A DNA stretch of 64,000 bases from a virus. The notes beneath the pieces were generated by a model. It was not told the origin of the DNA. It did not search any database and saw nothing but the letters and a program-made list of their open reading frames with translations. Of this stretch, positions 35,836 to 46,634 are shown in pieces. Made by a program: the position numbers and the translations under genes. Location of the stretch: the IMG/VR virus record IMGVR_UViG_3300043392_000054, positions 118,830 to 182,829 of that record. One strand, given 5' to 3'. Position 1 is the stretch's first letter. The number at the start of each line of letters is the position of its first letter.

Positions 35836-36441
35836 ATGAAATTAACATTTGGTGATTCATTTCTTGATAGTATTGATAGAGTAATATTCGAACAGTCTAA
35901 ACTATATAAAATCTATTCTATTTTTAGAAGAGACTTATGGCATTTCTTTAAAAATATTTATAGATTCAGAAAGATGTTATGGGCACATCGTTGGTGGGAT
36001 TATAACTTTACGCTTCATGCAATGCAAACCTCTTTACAGATTATGGAAAAAGGTATGCATAAAGGTTCAGAAATTAGAGAAAATCGTGATAAAAAAATAG
36101 CTAAGATGCAAAGAGCTATTCAAATCATTGAAAATATTAGAAATCAAGATTATATTGAAATCGTAGAATCTGTTGTTGGACCAATTAAGTTTGAAGATTT
36201 TGCATTTGAACCAGTTTTAGATGAAGCTGGTCGACCAACTAATCAATATACACTAAAGGATACTTTATCGGATGAAGCAAAGGCTCATCGTGATTTTGTC
36301 TATAAAACAGTCGATTTATTAGAAGAGGCAGAATGGAATGAATTATGGAGTATTTTTAAAGGCCAAAATTGGAATGAATTTAGTGGTAATGACTGGGATA
36401 CTAAATTTGATGGTACAGGTTTACGTTCTTGGTGGGATTAA
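35836..36441 (+). CDS. hypothetical protein
   Basis: ATG at 35836 after class II promoter. Confidence 0.7.
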   Translation: MKLTFGDSFLDSIDRVIFEQSKLYKIYSIFRRDLWHFFKNIYRFRKMLWAHRWWDYNFTLHAMQTSLQIMEKGMHKGSEIRENRDKKIAKMQRAIQIIENIRNQDYIEIVESVVGPIKFEDFAFEPVLDEAGRPTNQYTLKDTLSDEAKAHRDFVYKTVDLLEEAEWNELWSIFKGQNWNEFSGNDWDTKFDGTGLRSWWD

Positions 36442-36462
36442 AATAAAAAAAATTAAAATAAA

Positions 36463-37029
36463 ATGAAGCATATTAAAGATTATTTGACATGGTTGTTTGA
36501 GTCTCAACAAGAAGATGTCAATGAAAAGAAGGCAACTTACGAGTATGGTTGCGCAATGTTATACTTTGATTTTCCAGAAATGGCAGAATTACATGATAAA
36601 ATTGACCCTGAACACGTGTTCAAGGATCCAAATGACCCGACCTTTGGTCTAGAAGATGAACCGCATTGTACTTTATTATATGGTCTACATAAAGAGGTCT
36701 CAGATGAAATGGTTGAAAATATTATGAAGAATTATGCATTTGGAAATTGTACAATTAAAAATGCTTCTCTATTTGAGAATGAGAAGTTCGATGTGCTTAA
36801 ATTCGATGTAGAAGGTGATAATTTACATGATTGTAATAAAGAACTTTGTAAGCTACCACATACTACAGATTATCCAAACTATCATCCACACATGACAGTT
36901 GCTTATTTAAAACCTGGAATGGGAAAAGAATATGCTGACATGTTTAAGGATAGAATGCATGAATTAAAGCCTAAACATGTTGTTTATTCAAAACCTGATG
37001 GAAGTAAAACTATAATTGAATTAAAATGA
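36463..37029 (+). CDS. 2H phosphoesterase (T4 57B/Acb1-like) with CTS-like N-terminus
   Basis: PHCTL and PHMTV HxT motifs; N-terminus MKHIKDYLTWLFESQQEDVNE. Confidence 0.8.
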   Translation: MKHIKDYLTWLFESQQEDVNEKKATYEYGCAMLYFDFPEMAELHDKIDPEHVFKDPNDPTFGLEDEPHCTLLYGLHKEVSDEMVENIMKNYAFGNCTIKNASLFENEKFDVLKFDVEGDNLHDCNKELCKLPHTTDYPNYHPHMTVAYLKPGMGKEYADMFKDRMHELKPKHVVYSKPDGSKTIIELK

Positions 37030-37559
37030 AAAAGCTAATAGTTACAGATGAATTTAGAACTAATCCATTAGCATTAACCCCAGGTGGTTCAGTTGTTGAA
37101 ATAGTATATAAGGATGGGCGGAATATGGTTTATGATAAAATTAAATTTCCAGCTGCTTATATAGCAAAATTAGATTTAACTGAGATTAAACAGCTTTTTT
37201 TAAATAATAGAGAAATAAAAATTGTAAATTAATTAAAATTTTTTTAAAATAAAAGCCCAAATATTTTTTTATTTGGGCTTTTTTTATTATATTTACATAT
37301 CTTAAATAATAACACAATGAAAAAAATATTATTAATTGCAACCGCACTGGGAATGATGTCCTGCGAAGTAAAACCAACAAAATCTACGGCGACTGAAGTA
37401 TCGACTGACGGTAAAGTCAGTTATGATTTCGGTGATGGATACTTTAACGTATATGTTGTAAATATAGATGGATGTCAATATTTATTTAGAGCGCATGCTC
37501 GGAATGCATTATTAACTCATAAAGGTAACTGTACTAACTCTATTCATTCAGTACGATGA
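37026..37559 (+). CDS. hypothetical protein (37026-37232) and small lipoprotein (37317-37559)
   Basis: second ORF has lipobox MMSC. Confidence 0.6.
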
Positions 37560-37752
37560 AAAAGCTACTCCTTATCCCGCTCATTTGCTTCTCTTGTGAA
37601 GTCAAGGAACCACCAAAGCCAGTTAATGTGGCTAAGGTTACACAAATTTACTCGATTAATCATCAACCGCACACAGGTGTATTTAATCAATATGTGCCAA
37701 ACTTAGTATATTCTGGGAAATAAACTTTACCGTTTAATTTAATATAATAGAC

Positions 37753-38199
37753 ATGATACTAGAGAAACAACTTATTCAAAATACTAAACCTAACTTGAAT
37801 TCAAGAGTTTATCCATTAGAAACCCTCGAACATATTAAGTTACAGATTGAAAAATACAATACTGAAGTTGGGCTTGATTTAGGAACCTTAGGTTCTACTA
37901 CTTCTCCCGTAGTTTTAATCAAAGATATTGCATTTAGATACTATAACCCTCAAATTGAAAACGAAGCACTTTACGTTGACATTGAAGTTTTAGAGACTAA
38001 AGCTGGTATTAAACTTAAAAAACTTTTAGAAAAAGATGTAGTAGTATTTAGACCTGCTGGTTATATTGAACTTAAAGAAGACCACGATGCTCTTGATACT
38101 GCAAGGACTTTATTAAATTTAAATTATATCGTTGGATTGGATTATAAATTGACTACAATTAATGCTATTCCAAAAGAAGACGATTCATTAAACTTTTAA
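37753..38199 (+). CDS. prohead-protease (T4 gp21)-like protein, catalytic motifs degenerate
   Basis: NLNSRVYP and LETKAGIKLKKLL retained; GELxHP replaced by GTLGST, SRGxG replaced by PAGYI. Confidence 0.5.
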   Translation: MILEKQLIQNTKPNLNSRVYPLETLEHIKLQIEKYNTEVGLDLGTLGSTTSPVVLIKDIAFRYYNPQIENEALYVDIEVLETKAGIKLKKLLEKDVVVFRPAGYIELKEDHDALDTARTLLNLNYIVGLDYKLTTINAIPKEDDSLNF

Positions 38200-38203
38200 A
38201 ATT

Positions 38204-38698
38204 ATGTGTTATAGCGAAATAGAAGGTAATTTATCAGAATTAGCACAAAGAGGCCATTTTGATGTAATTGTTAATTACTGTAACTGTTTTAATTTAAATC
38301 AAAATAATAAATCGTTTGTTGAAATTAATAAATGGGCAGATTGTTCTCAGTTTCCATTAGAGCATCCTGAAACAAATGGTCAAATCAACAAACTAGGAAT
38401 GATTGATTATGAAGTGTCAACATATGCTAATGCTGAACAAATTACATTGATTCCTTTTGCAGATTTTGACCTAGCAGTTGTTAATGCATATACTCAATAT
38501 TTACCAGATTCTGCGGAAAAAACCTATTTTGATAAAGAAGCATTTACAATTTGTTTACGAAAAATCAATAATGTTTTTCAAGGTAAAAGGGTAGCATTAT
38601 TAAAGGTAGAAGATACTGATATGGGTTTATATTGGAATCAATATAAAGAAATTGTAAAAAGAGAATTAGCAGATTGTTGTGTCACTGTAATAAAATAA
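38204..38698 (+). CDS. macro-domain-like protein, degenerate
   Basis: EGNLSELAQRGHFDVIVNYCNCF, VVNAYTQY; lacks MGxGIA and GxGxxGG loops. Confidence 0.55.
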   Translation: MCYSEIEGNLSELAQRGHFDVIVNYCNCFNLNQNNKSFVEINKWADCSQFPLEHPETNGQINKLGMIDYEVSTYANAEQITLIPFADFDLAVVNAYTQYLPDSAEKTYFDKEAFTICLRKINNVFQGKRVALLKVEDTDMGLYWNQYKEIVKRELADCCVTVIK

Positions 38699-38702
38699 AG
38701 TT

Positions 38703-41570
38703 ATGATATATCACCCGGAATTAGGAAAAATTAAAGTCTTATTAGAATATAATAGCGAAAAGAATTTTAAATTAGTTAAAGCTTTTCTTAGAGTTGATTA
38801 TGATTGGTATGGTACTCGTAGATTTGTTTGGTCAAATAAGAGTCGATATTACACTTTATGGGGTAACACTGATAACTTAGAGGATATGGGTATCACTGAA
38901 TTATTGACTCCTACTGGTCGAAGACCTTCCTTTAAATCTTGTGTTAATAAATTTTATACAATGGTCAAAAATTCAGACCAAGTTAATTTTATAAAGTAAT
39001 GAATATACTTCAAACTTTTAAAGAGATAAAAAAGAGTCCATTTAAATTACCAACATGGACTCAGTATATTGGTAAATCACAATACGGTACACCTTATTTC
39101 TGGCCTATAAATTTCTGCTCTACTATTATTTCTATTAGACGATTAAAATTAAGGTCAGAAGAAGATTATCAAAAACGTATAGAGCAAAGAAAGCCTTATA
39201 TTGTAAGTGAAGGATACAAAAAAGAAATTAGGTACCTTAATTTACCAATGGCTAGAAGAACAAAGAATTGGATTATTAATGTATTTGGTCAAGAATTCTA
39301 TATAGAACTCGGTTCTCCAATTGCTATCGATTCAACTCAATTGGGTTGGAAGCATAAATACGATACACCAAGATTTGAATGGGCTCCAAGTTTTAAAATC
39401 TTCTTTTTTAAATGGCAGTACTGTATTTGGTTAAATTCTCCAGGAGATGCTAGAGACGAATATTGGGAAATGCTTTTATGGTATTTGTATTATGCTGATA
39501 AAGACATTAAAAAGGCAGAACAAACTTGGCCTTGGGTAAATTCTAAAATAAAAGAGAGTACGTGGAATAAAAGCTTATTAAAATAAAGAAATGATTAGAT
39601 TTGAATTAACTGAAACACAAGAGGCCAAACTTGACGATTGGAAAGAGGCTATTAAAAAAGTTTATGGTAATTATGGGACCTATGAATATAGATTTAGCCA
39701 TGCTAGTGGAATCGGCTTAGAAGTTAGGGTTTATTCTAGTCTTGCTAGAACTGAATTAGACCTTACTGAAGTTGAAAATTGGTAATTAAAAGAAAATAAT
39801 AATGGATAAATTAGAAGCATATAAACGATTATTAGCAGATTCATTTCAATTAGATATGAATGCAGGAGATTTCTTTTATTATGCATGTGCTCAAATGTTA
39901 CCAGTAGTTGCCGAAGATGTTGATTGGGTTGCGGAACACATTCAAGAATTTGAAGATGAAGGCCTATATTCAGCAATGGCATATATTCAAAATCAAGAAC
40001 CAATTCTACCATACTTGACTCAGGATTTTGATAAAGCAATAAAAGTATTAATGGATAGAAAACAAGAAGTGTTTGGTGATATTGATTGGGATTTTCATGG
40101 ATATAAAGATGCAGGTCCTTATAGAACTATAAACAAAGATTAGATTATGACAAATAATAAAACTATGACCTACTCAGACGACAATATTGGTAATGTAGTG
40201 TACGACTATATAGAACAAGTAATTGATGACATAATTAAGAATGATGGTCAACCTCACAGAAAGGTGTTTGATGAAACGCTTCAGTTATTCATATTTAATA
40301 GAGTTGACTATCTACAGTTTGTATTTAGGGATTTAAGGGTGAGTACTCATAATCCAATTCATTATTTGCATGTTAAACCTATGCTATTTACTTTTAGCGA
40401 GAACCCAGGGTTACACACTCTCGAAACAGAAGTTATTAGCACAGCTTACGATAATCCACAGTTATATCTAGACATAGATATTGAACGAAGCGATGTTCGA
40501 CGAGTAAAGAAAATGGTTGCCACTGGATGGGGAGGATTTGGATATGGTAGAACGGTAGATGAATATACTGAAGTGGAAACAGTAGAAGGAGGTAATGTAT
40601 TAAATCCCGAAGGTGTAAAAAGAAAGGCTCTTCTAGAATTAAAGAAACATGTTATGCCTGAGTTAGGAGCATACCTAAACAGAACCACAATTTTTATTAA
40701 CTCAACTGGTTTTCGGCCAAAGAATTTATAAATGATGGAAAAAGAATTTGTTACTTATGAGCAAGCTGCAGCCTTAAGAGATTTAGGATTTAATGAGACG
40801 TGTTTGGGTTGTTATATTTATGAAGTTGAAACATTAACTTGGAAGTTAAATTATGCAATGTATGACAACGATATTAGATGGGTTATAGCTGCCCCACTTA
40901 AACAACAAACATTCAAGTGGTTTCGGGAGAAGTATGATGTAGACTTTTACATTACTCGTAGCTTACCAAATGTAATAAGTAAAGATATTTATCACATTGT
41001 ATTGAATGATATATGGATTCCTAATGATTCTCATAGAAATTATGAAGATGCAGAAAATAGGTTAATTGATAATTTGATAGAACTAGCTAAACAGAAAAAA
41101 TAATGAAAGCAGAAATAGAAATATACAGCACAGAAATAATTTATCGAGTAGGTTATGAAGATGCTGACTATGAAGATGAATTTGATGTTAAGCAAATAAA
41201 CGAGGATGGTAAAGTTAAATGGAAGATAGAATCTGTAATATATGGCGCTATAACAAATAGTTCAGCTATCGGTAAAAAGCTACTCAAACATATTCAAAAA
41301 GAGGTTACATCTAAAGACAAAGACACGAATTATTGGAAACAGAATGCTGAAGAAGATTATGCTACAACACCAATCAGTGTACTGAGATATATTTCAGAAT
41401 TAGAAAAGCAGTTAAAATCAGCTTATACAGAAGAAAGGGTTAAAGACCTTTTATTAGCACAAAGAGGCAATTCCTATGTTGCAGTTTTAACTAAATGTAG
41501 AAATGAGGAGATTGCGACAGCAGCTGCAGCAGCACCAGAACCTTGGAATTGGGATAATACAGGAAAATAA
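38703..41570 (+). CDS. seven tandem hypothetical proteins (38703-38999, 38999-39586, 39591-39785, 39802-40143, 40147-40731, 40732-41103, 41103-41570)
   Basis: abutting co-oriented ORFs. Confidence 0.7.
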
Positions 41571-41582
41571 GTTATATACTGT

Positions 41583-42230
41583 ATGGAAGAACGGAAATTA
41601 ATTAGTATTGCCCCACCTAAGGGTTTAGAATTACAAAATTATTTACAATATTTTAAAGACTTTAAAATCAAGGTCTTAAAAGAGGATGACCAAGTTGAAG
41701 GAGCTTTAATTCTTACAGGTGGCCCAGATATAGGCTTAAATCAAAAGAGAGATTCTCAAGAGTTAAATTGGGTCAAACAAGCTTTAGAAAAGAATTTACC
41801 AATTCTTGGAGTTTGTAGAGGTATGCAATTATTGAATGTCTTTTTTGGTGGAGAGGTTACTAGTTTAAGTGATATTTTAGCAGAAGAACACAGAACTCAT
41901 GAATCATTTAAAGACGATGAAGACCATCTTTTATATGAATCACAGTTTCATCTAGTTGAAGACATCATAAATCTGAAACAGTTTGTAGTTAATTCAAGGC
42001 ACCATCAATATTGCTCTAAAGTAGCAGAAAATTTTAAAGTAACTCATTATAATTTTAGTAAATTACCGTTAGATGTTTCTATTATTCCAGAGGCTTTTAT
42101 TGACCATAAGAGAAATATTTTAGGGGTACAATGGCACCCAGAAAGACAAGATTATACTGAAGCTTTAGAATATAATACGTATCCTTTAAATTGGTTAAAA
42201 CAACAAATAGATGGCAAAAAGAGCAATTAA
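41583..42230 (+). CDS. class I glutamine amidotransferase / peptidase C26
   Basis: LTGGPD, GVCRGMQ, NSRHHQ, GVQWHPE. Confidence 0.9.
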   Translation: MEERKLISIAPPKGLELQNYLQYFKDFKIKVLKEDDQVEGALILTGGPDIGLNQKRDSQELNWVKQALEKNLPILGVCRGMQLLNVFFGGEVTSLSDILAEEHRTHESFKDDEDHLLYESQFHLVEDIINLKQFVVNSRHHQYCSKVAENFKVTHYNFSKLPLDVSIIPEAFIDHKRNILGVQWHPERQDYTEALEYNTYPLNWLKQQIDGKKSN

Positions 42231-42679
42231 TTATTATGGATGTAGTTGGTGTTTAACTGTCTATGATGCAAATGATATGTATTTAATTAATAGAAAGGGG
42301 CATAATACTTACTATTGTGAGAAATGCAATACTAAAACCCAAAATACCGAATGGAATTTAGGATTAGTAAAAGGACCTAAAATCAAAAAAGTGTTGAAAC
42401 AGAAAAAGAAATAGATATATAAAGTATATAAAAAAAAACAACAAAGATATGTTATACTTAATTGGATTAATCGTATTATTAGGTGGTATAGCAGCTTATA
42501 TGCTGACTAAAAAACACCCAGAAGCTCCAGTAGTTACAACTTCTGAAGATAAAAAGCCAGCTGGTTGGATGGATTTAGGTGGAGACCCAAATGCAGACAA
42601 ATATACTAGCAAGGTAAATCAATCTCTTCAGGAGAATGATGCTAAAGCTAAAAAAACTAGAACTAAAAAGGCTGAATAA
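42211..42679 (+). CDS. Zn-finger protein (42211-42414) and membrane-anchored protein (42449-42679)
   Basis: CxxC pairs; N-terminal TM helix. Confidence 0.6.
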
Positions 42680-42696
42680 GTCCTTTTAGTTTTAAT

Positions 42697-43001
42697 GGGG
42701 GTATAGCTCAGATGGCTAGAGCACCTGCCTTGCACGCAGGGGGTCGTGGGTAGGTAAAGAGCCCACTTAAGTAGTGATACTTAAATAAAAAACCGGATGA
42801 ATTGCTGGAAATCTAAGTCAGAAATGATATGACAATCAGCAGCCAAGCTTAAGATACATCTTAAGAAGGTTCAGAGACTAGTGGAGAAGTAAAGTCTTCT
42901 TAATAACCACATTAGCGTCCGGCATCTCATTAGAGATGAAGATATAGTCCGACACTCTTTCGAAAGAAGAGATTACAGTAAGTCGAATCCCTCTATCTCC
43001 A
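42697..43001 (+). tRNA. tRNA-Ala(TGC) interrupted in the T-loop by a group I intron
   Basis: 5' exon 42697-42751 (…GTCGTGGGT) plus 3' exon 42983-43001 (TCGAATCCCTCTATCTCCA) rebuild a cloverleaf with G3:U70. Confidence 0.93.
42752..42982 (+). mobile_element. group I intron (231 nt, IA-like, no ORF)
   Basis: P1 GTGGGU/GCCCAC with U:G; P2 with GTGA loop; P3 CCGGAT/GTCCGG; P AATTGCTGGAAA; Q AATCAGCAG; R GTTCAGAGACTAG; P7.1; P8; S AAGATATAGTCC; P9 GAAA; terminal G. Confidence 0.93.
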
Positions 43002-43003
43002 CT

Positions 43004-43032
43004 AAGGTCTGTGAATTCACAGACCTTTTTTT
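43004..43032 (+). terminator. intrinsic terminator
   Basis: AAGGTCTGTG-AATT-CACAGACCTT plus T tract. Confidence 0.85.
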
Positions 43033-43091
43033 ATTTTACAATGTATTTAGTTCGATTGCTATATTCTCCACATTTCTTAGATATATAGAAT

Positions 43092-43862
43092 ATGAAAGAA
43101 ATTATAAAATGTGATGAGTGTGGTGAAATATTCGATAATAAGAAAATAAAAGCTAATCATATTAGGTGGAAACACAGAGACCAGTCTGCGTATATAATTA
43201 AAGCATCTTTTATATTAAAAGATTCTTATGAAAAGAAGCATGGGACTATTTTAAAAGAATCTGTAAAATGTTCCTGTGAAACGTGTTCAAATATAATTGA
43301 AATAGAGTATAGAGAAAATAAAAAGAAGAAATATTATTTTTGCTCTAGGTCATGTTCTAATTACAGAGGAAAAAGGTCAATTGAAACTAAACAAAAAATT
43401 TCAGAATCTTTAAAACAAAAAAGTACATTAAAAAAATGTAAATGTAAATATTGTTTAAATGAATTTGAATATAATAGACCTAAAATGTTTTGTTCTAAAG
43501 CATGTTATACTCTATTTAAAAGAAAGGATAAATCTGGATTATCTAATTATAGAATTGATGCTTCTTTTAAATTTGATTTAAAAGATTATCCAAATGAATT
43601 TGATTTTAGTTTAATAGAAAAATATGGATGGTATAGCGCAGCAAATAGAGGAAATAATTTAAATGGTATTAGTCGAGACCACATGATAAGTGTTAAATAT
43701 GGATACGATAACAATATAGACCCAAAAATAATTGCGCATCCTGCAAATTGCAAGTTGATGAGACACAATGATAATGTTTCGAAATTTTCAAATTGTTTAA
43801 TTACGTTGGATGAACTTTTAGAAAAAATTAAAATCTGGGATGAAAAATATGAAACCTTTTAA
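43092..43862 (+). CDS. free-standing HNH-type homing endonuclease
   Basis: C2H2-like finger, FCSxxC fingers, RSIETKQKISESLK DNA-binding motif, C-terminal SRDHMIS..HPANCKLMRHNDN. Confidence 0.75.
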   Translation: MKEIIKCDECGEIFDNKKIKANHIRWKHRDQSAYIIKASFILKDSYEKKHGTILKESVKCSCETCSNIIEIEYRENKKKKYYFCSRSCSNYRGKRSIETKQKISESLKQKSTLKKCKCKYCLNEFEYNRPKMFCSKACYTLFKRKDKSGLSNYRIDASFKFDLKDYPNEFDFSLIEKYGWYSAANRGNNLNGISRDHMISVKYGYDNNIDPKIIAHPANCKLMRHNDNVSKFSNCLITLDELLEKIKIWDEKYETF

Positions 43863-44096
43863 ATAAGTATTATATAAATTTTATATTTAATATAAATCAT
43901 TTATCATGGAAGATTTAAGACGCACGCAAGGTAGAAACCCTAAAAAAGTTAAATTGCAAGAAGATTATATGGACATTATCATGCTAGTTGCAGTTATTTT
44001 TTGTACATTGTATGCTATTTTTTCAGCCTAATTTTGAAACTTTTTTAATTAATCCAGTATAATTTATATAATTTTTAATAACTTAAACAACAATTT

Positions 44097-44261
44097 ATGA
44101 AAAAGGCAATCTTTTTATTATCAGTAGTAACATTTATTTCATTAGCATCAGTTTCTTGCTCTTCAAGCACTCAATCAGGAACAGCTGATTCAACTCAAGT
44201 AGACTCAACTCAAACAGATTCTTTAGCAACTGACTCAGTAGCTGTAGATTCTACAAAATAG
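44097..44261 (+). CDS. small lipoprotein with five D-S-(T/L/V) motifs
   Basis: lipobox SVSC, then ADSTQVDSTQTDSLATDSVAVDSTK. Confidence 0.8.
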   Translation: MKKAIFLLSVVTFISLASVSCSSSTQSGTADSTQVDSTQTDSLATDSVAVDSTK

Positions 44262-44364
44262 TTAAAATTTTTAAAGGATACATTCAGCAAATTTACAAAT
44301 TTGGCTATAAATCAAAAAAAAACGTATCCTGTAAATTATTAAAGAGATTAAAATCTCTTTAAAA

Positions 44365-44440
44365 GCGAAAGTAGCTCAGCTGGTAGAGCATCACCTTGCC
44401 AAGGTGAGGGTCGCGAGTTCGAACCTCGTCTTTCGCTCCA
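44365..44440 (+). tRNA. tRNA-Gly(GCC)
   Basis: canonical, CCA encoded. Confidence 0.97.
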
Positions 44441-44525
44441 CAAATTTTTTAAAAATAAAAGCTCAAATATTTTTTTATTTGGGCTTTTTTTTGTAGATTT
44501 GCTATGTAATTAAAAATTAATAAAT

Positions 44526-46321
44526 ATGAAGCTATCGCAAATTAATGAAGAATGTAAATATTATTTAAATATACTTACTGCACAAGTTAGTTCTCCTTTT
44601 GCAATTAATGTACTTGAACACAAAAAAGCAATTCGAGATATTTTAGATAATTTTGAAGGACATTTACATAAATGTTATAATTCTAACGGAATGTATGACC
44701 ATGCTTCTTTAAAATATCATGCAACATATATGAGTGAAGCTGCTATAATAATTAAATCTAAATTAACTAAAGGTGAATTTATATCAATAACACACAGAGA
44801 ACATGCTAAACCTCTTGCTATTTTAATTGAAGAAATGCAAGGTCTCTCGGGTCAAAAATTACTTACATATTTATATGAAAATCTTAAAAGCGTAACTATA
44901 TTAAAAGAAGAAGCTAAACTTATTGATGTTAAATATAAAACAACTATGCCTAATAGTTTTATATTATTTTCTAGATTTGAAGAATTTGGAATAAAATTAG
45001 TTAAAAATAATTAACTCAATATTTTTTATTCTCAAGTATTTTAGTTATATTTACAGTATCAATAATTAATAAACAGACAATGGAAATTAAAATAGGTTCA
45101 AAAGTAAAACATATACCAACGGGTAAGATTGTCACGGTGAAATCGAAAACTAAAGTCTTTATTCAAGGAACTATTCCAGATGAAGAAGTTGATTGGATGG
45201 TAGGTAGGTCAGTTAAAGTTCGAATCACCGAATGTGAAACTTATATTGAACCACCTAAAGAGAAATCTGCGTATGAAAAGATGCGTGAAAGAAATATGGA
45301 AGATGCTAAGAAATTAACTCCGGTTCCAAAAGAAATTGGTCAACATATTTTATGGTTGAAATTAGCAGTTACAGACCGAGTTGAAAAGATTGAAAATCTA
45401 ACCGATAATGAGTTAAAAACTTTTCGTTCTGAAGGAACTTTTGGTTTCACTGAACCTTATGTGAATCTATTAATGCATTATGCGTATGAAGCTGGTAAAA
45501 AGAACGCAACTGATAGTTTAACGCGTCATTTTAATGAATCGACTAAAAATATGAAAGCTGCCATTGATGCTATTGTTACTGCATTGGATGATAATGACCT
45601 TTTACCAGAGAATGAGAATTATGAGTGGTAATTTTGAAACTTTGTAAAAAAATTACTTAAATAATTTTTATTTGTCGATTATTTTTATTAGATTTACATA
45701 TCATTAAAAAATAAACATTATGAAAAGCATGAAAATAACATTTGGATTAATTTCATTTTTAGTAGCATCGTTAATTATTGGAACGATTGCATATAGTATT
45801 AAAGCATATAATCATATTGAAACTCACATTGTAAAGGTAGAAGGTAAAGAAAGAATTACAGAGTCAAATGGAAAAAATGTTGTGTCTTTCTACTTGGTTT
45901 ATACTGATAAAGGTACTTTTAAATTAGAGGACGATTTGTTTAGAGGTAACTTTTATTCAAGTGATGTGTATGGAAAACTTAGAGAAGATTCTACATATAC
46001 ATTTAAAACTGCAGGTTATCGAATTGGTTGGATGAGTGAATACCCTAACATTATTGAAGTAAAATAGTTATGTCACCAGCAAAATACGTAATTGTCGATG
46101 GTTGTGCAATCATCTTCTCGGCAGCAATCCAACATAAAGATATGGTTGGTTACAATAGTAAAGCAACTGGGGCTGGGTTTGTTCATTTTTCTACAGAAGT
46201 TGATGAATATGGAGAAACTATTATTAAGGCAAGTGCTTATGGTAAATCTATTTCACTTGGCATAGAATCCCAGGAAGGAGACTCGAGAATTTTAACAAAT
46301 CAAATTACTAATACATATTAA
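44526..46321 (+). CDS. four hypothetical proteins (44526-45014, 45080-45631, 45720-46067, 46070-46321)
   Basis: three have their own class I promoter. Confidence 0.7.
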
Positions 46322-46355
46322 TTTTTGAAACTTTATAGGAATACCCTATATAATA

Positions 46356-46587
46356 GATACAGTAGATGTTTTACGATAGCCTAACCAACAGGTTTGTTTC
46401 ATCTTAAAATAAAACAAAGTAGAGATGGTTAAGTTTGACAGTGATTATCTTTGAACAACTGTATTGCTTTGGCGACCACGAGCGCCCGTTCTCAATGATG
46501 AATGAAATCTCGTCCGGTTACATGCAAAACTGTTAATGCATGACCATAGTTAAAGGGAACCTGTGCACAGGGTTCCCTTTCTTTTTT
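46356..46587 (+). ncRNA. stand-alone sRNA of about 230 nt
   Basis: class II promoter at 46326-54; stems ATACAGT/ACTGTAT, ACGAG/CTCGT, CATGCA/TGCATG; terminator AAAGGGAACC/GGTTCCCTTT at 46552-87. Confidence 0.65.
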
Positions 46588-46634
46588 ATGAAACAAAATG
46601 ATAAAGATAAATATAATTCATAAACATTATATAA

